In this document: positions 10,654-19,726 of the stretch, piece after piece
Numbering within the stretch: the stretch's first letter is position 1
Layout: the number at the start of each line of letters is the position of its first letter
The notes under the pieces: generated by a model
What the model saw: the letters and a program-made list of their open reading frames with translations, nothing else
Database searches by the model: none
What the model was told of the DNA's origin: nothing
Made by a program: the position numbers and the translations under genes
From: a virus
Lineage: Duplodnaviria > Caudoviricetes
Length of the DNA stretch: 64,000 nucleotides
Direction: 5' to 3' (one strand)
Virus record (IMG/VR): IMGVR_UViG_3300046779_001841
Span: 160,001-224,000 of that record

Positions 10654-13600
10654 ATGGCTGATAATTTTGGAATTGATGTCAGTAGAGTTCTAAATAATGA
10701 TAACACTAAATTTACTCATCTCATTTGGCAATCTGGCAAACCACCTTTAGATTCTGAACTAAATTTTGTTGGGCAAATCGCTAACGATTCACTTAGAGAT
10801 GCAATTAAACAAACTACACCAAGTGGTTTTCTTGCTGACCCTATCACTGCGATTGATTTTGAATGTAATGCTTTAGATAGCAACCAATTCAAATTAAATT
10901 CTATTGATGCTATCGTTAATGGTATGCCTATTCAAATTCGTGGTTGTAACACTAATGATGAAACTACAAATGTCATTAAACTATCCGCACCACCTGCTAC
11001 TAGCAATCGTGTAGATTTTGTTTTCTTAGAAGTTTGGAGATCTCTTGTTAGTCCAAATCCATCTACAGATTTTAAACCCAGTGCTATCACTTTCTTTAAA
11101 TATGGTAACACTCAATTTGGTGGCACTAATATTACTGATGATCTTATTGATAATGATATTGGTTTTGAAACCACTAAAAGAGTTCAAATCCAATATCGTT
11201 TAAGAGTTGAAACTAATATTGATATTGATACTTATCCTCAAGGTTTAGGTGATCCTTCTGTTTTTGGTCAAGGCAACTCTGCTAATCCTGTTACCAGTGC
11301 AACATATACTAATATGGCAAATGATGGTGATCCTTCTTGTTGGAAAGCTACATCTGTTGATTTTGATTCAGTAGATAATATTTCTTATGCTATTCCTATT
11401 TGTGCAGTCTTTAGAAGAAATACATCTTCTTATGTTGCAGTGCTTAATGGTTCATCACCTACTCATAATGGTGCTTCTTTAAGATCTACATCTACACCTA
11501 AAACTTTAACACAAGCTACTTTAAGTGCAAACCTTACTGATACTGCGACCACTCTCAATTTAAGCACTTCTATTGTAGGTAGTGGTTTAGATGAAGGCAA
11601 TTCTGTTGGTGATTATCTTGTCTTAAATACAGGTATCAATAAAGAAATTGTTCAGATTACCAATGTTAATGTAGGCACAGGTGCAGTCATTATTACTCGT
11701 GGTCAATTAGGTACTCAAGCTAAATCTCATCTAGCTACTACAACAGTCAGTTTATATAATCCAAGACCTGATGGTTTATATGCAGATCAAATTCATGAAC
11801 AAGATATTTTAGATTTGATGAATACAATCTCTTTATCTGGATTTGATTATTCCCAACTACTTCAAAATGCACTTAATGAATTATTGTCTAATAATTTAAG
11901 AACATCTTGGAAATCTAGTGCTACTGGTAGTGATAGCAAAGGCATCACTTTAACTCAAGTTGATATTATTGGTGATCCTAATACATCAAGACCATATACT
12001 GAAATTTTAGATGCTCCAAATGGTATCCGAACTGTTTGGTCTGATAGTGCAGTCATTGAGAAGAATGTTAATATCATTATTGATCCTGCTACTGCTTTAA
12101 ATGATGATGGTACTACTGTTGGTTATTTTGATAGTGGTTTAACTGATAATTGGACTATCAGTGCTGATTTGAAACCTACTGGTTTTATGCCAAGTGTTGA
12201 TATTGGTGGTGGTACTTATCAACAAGCATGGTCAAGTGGTGCTGTTATCTTCTTAAATTTAGGTGGTGCTGATGGTATCTCTGGTGCAAGAAAAGGTTTT
12301 AAAAATAATCAAAAAGCAGTTCGCTTCTTAACAGAAAATGAAGAAGATTTAAAAATCTATCTTATTAATGATAATGGTTATACAGACCCTTTCACTAAAA
12401 CAAATCTCTTACCTATTCTTTCTACTTTTGTTGGTTATCCATCTAAAATGGAAATCTTTGGTGGTCTTGTTCATTCATCTTTAAAAGTCACTGGAATTTC
12501 TACAGTTTCTGCAGATAATCAAATCAAAAGAATTACTAATAGTGCTGATGTCAATCTTGAATATTTTTATGAAATTGATTTAGGTGTTAGTCTTGCATCT
12601 TTTCTTGATGGTACAACACAAGTTCTTGGTAATGAAACTATTCCAGATCTTCTTACAAATTATGGTAAAGATAATACAGGTTTCTCTTCAGAACTTTATG
12701 CGATTGTTTATGGTTCGCCTAAAACATCTAACAATCAATGTTTTAGAATTATTGGTATGGGTAAAGATGGTTTAACTTTTAATGAAACTAATGGTAGTGA
12801 TGGTGGTTTAAATACAGATACCACTATTCGACTGCTTCGTTTAAATGGTGCTTTCTCAAATTGGACTGAAGATACAGATGGCAATACTTTAACAGTAGAA
12901 ATTAGAACAAGACGAACTTATGCTTTTGATGGTTCAACTGCAACAGATCCTTCTTTATGTATCGTTTTGCCATATCACACAATTTATGACATTACAACAA
13001 ATACACCTACTCAAATCTATTCAACTGAAGGCACTTACTCAACATCTAAACTTTTAATTAATGCTACTTTACAATATGCACCTGGACATAGTGGTGTTGC
13101 TCGTGTTCCTGATCAAATCCATAATGTTTCTCTTAGAAATAAAAGCACTGCTTATCTTAGAAATGCTATTAGTGATTTAGATGCTACACAAACAATCTTT
13201 GAAACAGATCTTGTTAAATATGATGCAAATACTCATATTCAATTATGGAATGCTTTAAAATCTAAGAATGTTGACCCAAGTCCAACAGGCAATGTTAATG
13301 ACTTTGGTGGACATATTATTGGTGGTGCAGATATAGATAGGAATAATGAAATCTTTGCAGACCCAAGTTCTAAAACACTTGTGCTTAGACCTTTCAAACA
13401 ACAAAATTTATTGTTGCAATCTTTTCGTGCTGGTGCATCCACTGATCTTCTTTTAAGTCAATTCTATCAAGATGGTATCACTACTAAAGATGGTGCGGGT
13501 CTTTTCACTGGCAGTGGTTTGCCACAAGATTATTTTGAATTTCCTCCAATGCACTTACCTAAATTTGGTCGTCAAGATATTCCTTTCCATACAAACAATG

Positions 13601-15816
13601 GTATTGCTGATCCTTTCTTAAATGGTTTGCATCACTTGTTTATTGATACAAATACAAATACAGATGATGTTTACAATATTATTGGTGGTGATAGTAATGA
13701 AGGTTCTGCTGGTATTGAAGCTATGCTTTTCTACACTGCGATTGATTATGGTTCAAGTGATGATATTACAGTTGGTCATCCAAGTCTTGGTGCTAGAAAA
13801 GTTTCTCTTGAAATTCCCAGCACAGATTTTGGCAATATCTTAAATGGTATTGAATTACCACCTTATCATGGTTTTGCTAGAGTTTATGGTGTCTATGAAA
13901 AAGTTGATTATCTTGCCAAAGTTGGTTCTTCAGTCGCAGGTGGTCATGAATCTGATCGTGTTACACCTATTGCCAATCCACCTATCAATCTTTTAAGAAC
14001 AGATGCTACTAAATACACCATGTATATTAGACAAGATGGTGCTTCTGATGTTGCTGATGCTACTGGTAGTCATACATATATTTTAACAGAACATTCTCTT
14101 GATATTCGCAAAATTCCTACTTATACAACAGGTGATGAATTTGCAGATTTTGATTATGTGGTTGAGTGTTGTGTGTTTGGTTTTGCGAATGGATTTATCA
14201 ATAAAAATAGTTTTATTCTTGTTCGTCAATATGATGGTGCGGGTGTGGAGAATGTAAATCTTACTACATTGCCAACAGAATTACAAAATGTTGATGTTGT
14301 CATTCCTTCACCTTTTGGTAGTGCAGATGAACTTTTTGTTGAATATTCCAGAACTGCATATCAAGGTGATGTTTATCATACAAGAGGTGGTACAGTTGCA
14401 AATTATAATGATGAAATTATTCGATCAGGACAACTTAATCCAAACGATCATTATTATGGTGGACTTACAAGAAAACAATTTAATACAGATGGTTCATCAG
14501 CTATTACAATCACTAATCCAAGAGCATTTACAGTTTTGGCTTCTATGGATTTCTATTTAACATTAGGTACTGGCAATATTGGTGGTACTTTATATGAAAA
14601 CACTATTACAGATGTTGGTTATGAAGAAACACATATTCCACCCAGTGCTTTAAATCAAGAATTAATCCATGTAAAACCTAAAGCATTTCATGAAAATGAA
14701 ATTGGTTTAACAAATGCAACTGCGACTTTAACTTTTGTTAAAAATAAAATCGTGGATGGTGTTTTACAAGTTAATGCTTGTTATATCACTATCTATTTGC
14801 CAGATGGTACAATTAAAGCTGATGACTTTGTTATTACTTCAAGTTTTAGTGATGAAGATTTAGGTAATTCGATCATTGAAATGGTAGGCACTTTATCAAA
14901 TTATATTATCAGTGGGTCTTATACTACAGATAGTGTACAAAATAGAATTGTCTTTACTTATCTTGAAAAAGGTATTATTGGCAATCAAGCACAAATCTCT
15001 ATCTATTTCACTTATCCTGCAAATCAAAATAAATTTACCTACAAATTAGGAACAGACACTTTATTTTCAACAACTAAAGTTTATATGACTGGTGGTAGTG
15101 GTATTCAAAATAATGCAGGTTCTGGATCTCTTGATCCTTCTTTGATTGGTCTATCTTCAAGACTTCCTTTAGGTTTGCTTGTAAATGATTATGATTTCTT
15201 AGGTGAAGATATTTTAAATGATGGTTCGAGTTATCTACAATCATCTTTAGGTAGTGTTAAGACTGCTAACATTTCTTTACCGATCAGTAGTAATGGTCTT
15301 GTTTATTCTAAAGTAAATGGTGTGGCTGGTGATACTTTAATCATGTGTGAAGCAGTAAATGATACCTATATTGCTTTTACAGACATTAGTCCATCTGGAA
15401 CAAAAACATATAGAACACATCGTGGTGCAGTTGTTTATGGTGCGAGTGGTAAAGTTAAAGGTAGTCCAGTGTCTTATGTTGTGAATAGCTTTCCTACAAG
15501 TGTTCAACCTGTTCTTAAAGGTGGTGTTTTAGCTTGTAAAGCAATGCTTGTACAAAACTTTAATGAAACTGCATTTACGACTAATGATGAAGTATCTTAT
15601 GGTAGTGAATTACAATTAGTAGTCATTACACAAGCGATTTACAGATCAGATGTAAATCAACCTATCACACTACAAGGCAATATTTCACCAAGTGGTTATG
15701 GTGAAGGTTATGCGAGTGCAGATAGATTTATCATTAAAGGTAGACCAGTTGTAAAAAATAAGATAGCAGATCCAAGTCTTGCAATTACACCAGCACCATA
15801 TCAAACATCAAATTAA
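10654..15816 (+). CDS. Very large baseplate/receptor-binding structural protein (1720 aa)
   Basis: AGGAG RBS. LIWQSGKPPLDSELN N-terminus and further blocks paralogous to 4653-7547. T/G/S/N-rich beta composition. Confidence 0.6.
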   Translation: MADNFGIDVSRVLNNDNTKFTHLIWQSGKPPLDSELNFVGQIANDSLRDAIKQTTPSGFLADPITAIDFECNALDSNQFKLNSIDAIVNGMPIQIRGCNTNDETTNVIKLSAPPATSNRVDFVFLEVWRSLVSPNPSTDFKPSAITFFKYGNTQFGGTNITDDLIDNDIGFETTKRVQIQYRLRVETNIDIDTYPQGLGDPSVFGQGNSANPVTSATYTNMANDGDPSCWKATSVDFDSVDNISYAIPICAVFRRNTSSYVAVLNGSSPTHNGASLRSTSTPKTLTQATLSANLTDTATTLNLSTSIVGSGLDEGNSVGDYLVLNTGINKEIVQITNVNVGTGAVIITRGQLGTQAKSHLATTTVSLYNPRPDGLYADQIHEQDILDLMNTISLSGFDYSQLLQNALNELLSNNLRTSWKSSATGSDSKGITLTQVDIIGDPNTSRPYTEILDAPNGIRTVWSDSAVIEKNVNIIIDPATALNDDGTTVGYFDSGLTDNWTISADLKPTGFMPSVDIGGGTYQQAWSSGAVIFLNLGGADGISGARKGFKNNQKAVRFLTENEEDLKIYLINDNGYTDPFTKTNLLPILSTFVGYPSKMEIFGGLVHSSLKVTGISTVSADNQIKRITNSADVNLEYFYEIDLGVSLASFLDGTTQVLGNETIPDLLTNYGKDNTGFSSELYAIVYGSPKTSNNQCFRIIGMGKDGLTFNETNGSDGGLNTDTTIRLLRLNGAFSNWTEDTDGNTLTVEIRTRRTYAFDGSTATDPSLCIVLPYHTIYDITTNTPTQIYSTEGTYSTSKLLINATLQYAPGHSGVARVPDQIHNVSLRNKSTAYLRNAISDLDATQTIFETDLVKYDANTHIQLWNALKSKNVDPSPTGNVNDFGGHIIGGADIDRNNEIFADPSSKTLVLRPFKQQNLLLQSFRAGASTDLLLSQFYQDGITTKDGAGLFTGSGLPQDYFEFPPMHLPKFGRQDIPFHTNNGIADPFLNGLHHLFIDTNTNTDDVYNIIGGDSNEGSAGIEAMLFYTAIDYGSSDDITVGHPSLGARKVSLEIPSTDFGNILNGIELPPYHGFARVYGVYEKVDYLAKVGSSVAGGHESDRVTPIANPPINLLRTDATKYTMYIRQDGASDVADATGSHTYILTEHSLDIRKIPTYTTGDEFADFDYVVECCVFGFANGFINKNSFILVRQYDGAGVENVNLTTLPTELQNVDVVIPSPFGSADELFVEYSRTAYQGDVYHTRGGTVANYNDEIIRSGQLNPNDHYYGGLTRKQFNTDGSSAITITNPRAFTVLASMDFYLTLGTGNIGGTLYENTITDVGYEETHIPPSALNQELIHVKPKAFHENEIGLTNATATLTFVKNKIVDGVLQVNACYITIYLPDGTIKADDFVITSSFSDEDLGNSIIEMVGTLSNYIISGSYTTDSVQNRIVFTYLEKGIIGNQAQISIYFTYPANQNKFTYKLGTDTLFSTTKVYMTGGSGIQNNAGSGSLDPSLIGLSSRLPLGLLVNDYDFLGEDILNDGSSYLQSSLGSVKTANISLPISSNGLVYSKVNGVAGDTLIMCEAVNDTYIAFTDISPSGTKTYRTHRGAVVYGASGKVKGSPVSYVVNSFPTSVQPVLKGGVLACKAMLVQNFNETAFTTNDEVSYGSELQLVVITQAIYRSDVNQPITLQGNISPSGYGEGYASADRFIIKGRPVVKNKIADPSLAITPAPYQTSN

Positions 15817-15818
15817 TC

Positions 15819-16349
15819 TTATTGTTTTTTATCATTTGCATTGATAGTGAAAAACATCTTTGGATCATTTAAAACATTTTTAATTTCTTCACAGAAAGCA
15901 TGAATATCTTCTAAAGAAGAAGTATTGTCTTTGGCAATATCATTTAACAAATCTATTTTTTCTAAGATATTTGCCTTTAACATTTCATGTTCATCAAAAA
16001 GTTGAGAAATTAAAGAAAGTAGAATTTCTTTCTTTAAGATCATTTGATCTGGTAGAGCTTCCATAAACAATTCTAAAGAATTGCTATTCAGATCTAATTG
16101 TATTGAAAAGATAGCATCATATGGTATTAAAACTTCAAATGGTTTTCCATTGAATGTTAAAATAGTTTGCACACAATCATCATTGAGATATGTTGGACTT
16201 GCAAATTTATATGATAGACTTAATCCTACATCATACTTGTTTTGCAAATGACTTGGGAGTTTAACATCTTTATGGCAACCATTTAGATGGATAATGGTTT
16301 TACCTTGACTTAGATAGTCAATCAAAATTTGTTTTTTCATTTCAGACAT
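15819..16349 (-). CDS. sspB: SspB-like ClpXP adaptor (stringent starvation protein B family)
   Basis: IHLNG...VKLPSHL....VGLSLSYKF......DD.VQTILTFNGKPFEVLIPYDAIFSI matches the SspB substrate-binding fold pattern. Confidence 0.7.
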   Translation of the reverse strand: MSEMKKQILIDYLSQGKTIIHLNGCHKDVKLPSHLQNKYDVGLSLSYKFASPTYLNDDCVQTILTFNGKPFEVLIPYDAIFSIQLDLNSNSLELFMEALPDQMILKKEILLSLISQLFDEHEMLKANILEKIDLLNDIAKDNTSSLEDIHAFCEEIKNVLNDPKMFFTINANDKKQ

Positions 16350-16398
16350 AACTTTTTCCTTTAAGTTTAATGTTGTTTGGTTTTAATGTTGTGAAGAT

Positions 16399-17181
16399 TT
16401 ATTCTGGAATGCTTGTTTTAGCTTGTTGTCTAGCTTGTCTTTCTTCTTTTCTTTGTGCTTTTACTTGTTCTGTATATGAAACACACCATTTAGACAATAA
16501 ACAAGCAGTGCAATCACTCTTATTATAATTGCCATAACAAGCAGTGTTTTCTATCAAAGAATTTCTAAAACTATCACAAGCAAGTAATTTTTCTTCTCTT
16601 GTTTCTTCAACAATTAAAGATCTTGTTTCAATCACAAGTGTTGGTTCAATTTCAATGATAGGTTGAGTTTTTACTACCATTGATGGTTCTTCAATCTCAA
16701 TGATAGGTTGTGTTTCTATTGTAGTTTCTTCAATCATTACAGGTTCAGGTTGTGTTTCTACTACCATTACAGGTGCTTCATTAACCACTTCTTCAATCTC
16801 AATGAAAGTCATAGGAATGATATGTCTTTTAGGTTGAGTTTGGATTGAAACCATAGGTTGTGTTTCTACTGCAGGTTTTTCAATCTCAATAGTAGGTTCA
16901 ACAATCATGATATTTGATTGATTTGCAATCAACCATGTAGTTCCATTTTGAGTAGTTTTACCTTCTTGTTTTAATTTCCAAAATTCATCACTAATAAACT
17001 TTTCAAGTTTAGAAACATTGCTACCAGAAACAAATCCAAATTGATCTCTTGTAAATCCTAAAGAAGAGATTAATTGTTGTTTGTAATCTGCACTCTTGAT
17101 TGGTGACAATGTTTCTAACATTGGCAACATAGCTTGTTTAATGGAGATTTTGATTTCTTTAGTAAAGTCTTGCATTTGCAT
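16399..17181 (-). CDS. Hypothetical protein with (V/I)ETQP repeats and C-terminal Cys cluster
   Basis: AAAGGA RBS, directly downstream of the conserved promoter-like motif. Imperfect ETQP(II)EIE repeats. CYG...CxxC...C motif near the end. Confidence 0.5.
   Translation of the reverse strand: MQMQDFTKEIKISIKQAMLPMLETLSPIKSADYKQQLISSLGFTRDQFGFVSGSNVSKLEKFISDEFWKLKQEGKTTQNGTTWLIANQSNIMIVEPTIEIEKPAVETQPMVSIQTQPKRHIIPMTFIEIEEVVNEAPVMVVETQPEPVMIEETTIETQPIIEIEEPSMVVKTQPIIEIEPTLVIETRSLIVEETREEKLLACDSFRNSLIENTACYGNYNKSDCTACLLSKWCVSYTEQVKAQRKEERQARQQAKTSIPE
16620..16900. repeat. Imperfect coding tandem repeats (ttcaatctcaatgataggttg-like)
   Basis: Near-identical ttcaat(c/t)tcaat(g/a)(a/g)tagg units, translating as ETQPIIEIE-type repeats. 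Confidence 0.6.
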
Positions 17182-17203
17182 TTTCCTTTTTTTTAGGTCT
17201 AGT

Positions 17204-17250
17204 CGTTATCGACATTCTTATAACACTTGTCACTTAGCTATCTTTGCAAC
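17204..17250 (-). promoter_or_regulatory. Conserved phage promoter-like motif, copy 1
   Basis: Minus strand GTTGCAAAGATAGC-taagtga-CAAGTGTTATA-aga-ATGTCGATAACG, ~20 nt upstream of the 17181 start. Confidence 0.7.
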
Positions 17251-17268
17251 GGATATGAAAAAAAATTT

Positions 17269-19098
17269 TTACATCAACATATTTAGAAAATCTTGTTCTG
17301 TAATCACTTTAATTCCAAGTGCATTTGCCTTATCTAGTTTAGATCCTGCTTTTTCACCAGCCACTAGATAATTTAAATTCTTGCTTACTGATGATGCTAC
17401 ATTCCCACCAAGTTCTAAAACCTTAGCTTCTGCATCATTTCTTTTCAATGTTGTCAATGTACCAGTGAATAAGAAAGACATACCTTTAAAGATACCAGTC
17501 TTTTCACTACCATTGTCTATCACAATGTATTGCAAGAGATCATTGATAAGACTTTCATTTGCTTTTAATCCATTCACAATATCTTGTGCAGTAACATTAC
17601 CAAAGCCATCAATCTTTTCAAGATCATCAGTCTTTAATGTTTTGATTACATCTAAAGTCTTGAATTGACTTGCTAAAACTTCACTGGCTTTTCTACCTAA
17701 GCTATCAATACCTAATCCAGATAAGAATTTATCTAAAGATAGTCTTGTGCTTTTAGTAATGCTAGATAACCAATTATCTGCTCTAGTTTCACCTACACTT
17801 TCAATCTTGAGTAAATCTTCTCTTTTAAGTCTGTATAGATCAGCAAAGCTATTCACTAAACCACTTTCAATTAATTTCTCAATCCATACATTACCTATAC
17901 CTTCAATTCCTACTCTTTCCATGTAATGAGAAACCTTTGTGGATAATGAACAATTTGCAGTGCAATAAAGAAAATCATCTCTTTGTTCTGTTACAGATGA
18001 ACAAAATGGACAATTTGATGGAATTTGAATTTCTTGATCACCTGCATTGATTACTTTTTCAAGATGTGGAATAACACCACCTCTTCTAATAGCTAAAACA
18101 TCTGCATTGAGTGTTAAACCTTTTGTCTTAATCATACCTGCATGATGAAGAGAAATCCTACCTACCATAGCACCACTCAATTTAACTGGTTGAACAATAG
18201 CTACTGGTGTTAAGATACCTGTTCTGCTTACTTGCCATTCAACATTTAAAAGTTTAGTAGTGCCAAATTCACCTTGAAATTTATATGCCATAGCACCTTT
18301 AGGATGGTGACTTGTATATCCAGCATTTTCATATTCTTGATTTGAATTTGCTCTAAAGACAACACCATCTAATTCATAATCTAAACTATCTTTGATATTG
18401 AGAATATGATCATATCCAGCTTGATGATTATCATCTTTATTGAGAATGAAAAATGGAGTAGTTTCAAATCCTAAAGTCTTTAATGTTTCTAGTCTATCAG
18501 AAAAAAGATTGAGATCACTACCTATCAAATCATAAGCAAGAAATTTGATACCTTGAACATTACCATCTTTTCTTTTTACCATACCAGCTACTGCATTTCT
18601 TGGATTGGCAAATACATCTTTTTGTGTTTCAAAAATAGACACTGGCATATACAATTCACCTCTTATTTCAAGAGATGTTGTGATAGCAATTTGTTTAGGT
18701 ACAATGTTGATGATATTTTGTGTTATATCTTCACCTTTAGAACCATCACCTCTTGTAGCACCTTGAACAAGAAGTCCATTCTCATATTTAATAGAACAAG
18801 CCATACCATCAATTTTAGGAGTATAGACAAGACTTGAGAAAGATTTAGACCACTTGATCAAATCTTCTTCATTATAGCATTTATCTAAACTTAACATAGG
18901 TTTAGAATGAGAAACTTCATTACCAAGTTCTGCAAAATTTTCACCTAATGATGAAAGCACTGGTGAATTTGGAGCAAGTGATCTTAATTGCTCTACAAGA
19001 GCATCAAATTCAATATCACTTATTTCTGGAGCATTTAAGTCCCAATAAAGTGCATTATGTTTGGCAACTAAATTTTCTAAATCTTGAACTGAATACAT
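17269..19098 (-). CDS. ligA: NAD-dependent DNA ligase
   Basis: HNALYW...ISDIEFD (domain Ia), MLSLDK, KIDG adenylation motif, ATRGDG.GEDIT, RGELYM, DGVV, AYKF, WQVSRTG.LTPVA, C4 zinc finger, HhH repeats, C-terminal BRCT (GEKAGSKLDKA). Confidence 0.97.
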   Translation of the reverse strand: MYSVQDLENLVAKHNALYWDLNAPEISDIEFDALVEQLRSLAPNSPVLSSLGENFAELGNEVSHSKPMLSLDKCYNEEDLIKWSKSFSSLVYTPKIDGMACSIKYENGLLVQGATRGDGSKGEDITQNIINIVPKQIAITTSLEIRGELYMPVSIFETQKDVFANPRNAVAGMVKRKDGNVQGIKFLAYDLIGSDLNLFSDRLETLKTLGFETTPFFILNKDDNHQAGYDHILNIKDSLDYELDGVVFRANSNQEYENAGYTSHHPKGAMAYKFQGEFGTTKLLNVEWQVSRTGILTPVAIVQPVKLSGAMVGRISLHHAGMIKTKGLTLNADVLAIRRGGVIPHLEKVINAGDQEIQIPSNCPFCSSVTEQRDDFLYCTANCSLSTKVSHYMERVGIEGIGNVWIEKLIESGLVNSFADLYRLKREDLLKIESVGETRADNWLSSITKSTRLSLDKFLSGLGIDSLGRKASEVLASQFKTLDVIKTLKTDDLEKIDGFGNVTAQDIVNGLKANESLINDLLQYIVIDNGSEKTGIFKGMSFLFTGTLTTLKRNDAEAKVLELGGNVASSVSKNLNYLVAGEKAGSKLDKANALGIKVITEQDFLNMLM

Positions 19099-19124
19099 AG
19101 GTTTTTCCTTTTTGTTTTGTTTAT

Positions 19125-19171
19125 CGTTATCGACATATCTATAACACTTGACGAATTGCTATCTTTGCAAC
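19125..19171 (-). promoter_or_regulatory. Conserved phage promoter-like motif, copy 2
   Basis: Minus strand GTTGCAAAGATAGC-aattcgt-CAAGTGTTATA-gat-ATGTCGATAACG upstream of the ligase gene. Confidence 0.7.
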
Positions 19172-19186
19172 AGACTGCAAATTTTT

Positions 19187-19555
19187 TTAGAATGATCTAT
19201 TATTATTATCAAAATCATTCTTGTTTCTTTTTAACCATAATGCAAATGTTGAGAGTTGATCATCTTTATTAAAATTAGGATTTCTCAAATCTCTTGCTAG
19301 AACATTATGAACTACATTTAGATTTGAAGATATTCTATAATCTCTTGCATATTTAAGAACTAAATATTCCCATTTTTTGCTATTACCATCAGTGAATAAC
19401 AATGCACATATATGTTTACAAGGAATACCTTCTTTCATTGCATTTTGCCATCCACTACAATCACAAGAAAAATTTTCTTGACCATTTTCAAAGACTGTTT
19501 TTGTGCAAGTTTGATTATCAACATGAGCAGTAAATTTTTGCTTTGTCATTTTCAT
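19187..19555 (-). CDS. SWIM zinc-finger protein
   Basis: FSCDC...W.......PCKHICALL is the CxCx(n)CxH SWIM signature. AAAGGA RBS. Confidence 0.8.
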   Translation of the reverse strand: MKMTKQKFTAHVDNQTCTKTVFENGQENFSCDCSGWQNAMKEGIPCKHICALLFTDGNSKKWEYLVLKYARDYRISSNLNVVHNVLARDLRNPNFNKDDQLSTFALWLKRNKNDFDNNNRSF

Positions 19556-19585
19556 TTTCCTTTGTTTTTTGGTTTATCATCAATC

Positions 19586-19624
19586 ACATATATATAACAC
19601 TTGTGACTTAGCTACCTTTGCAAC
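19586..19624 (-). promoter_or_regulatory. Conserved phage promoter-like motif, copy 3
   Basis: Minus strand GTTGCAAAGGTAGC-taagtca-CAAGTGTTATA-tat-ATGTG upstream of the SWIM gene. Confidence 0.7.
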
Positions 19625-19726
19625 ATAGGATAAAAAATGTTAAAATTTATTTTACTTGGATTTGTTCTCTACTTCATTAATGCAGAAGCCTTATACATAT
19701 ATATAGTGTGTATGCTAGGTGGATAT

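Noticed and set aside
1612-15816. Local shifts between T/C-rich and A/G-rich codon style within structural genes
   Set aside because: Could reflect mosaicism or skew, but the boundaries could not be placed by eye.
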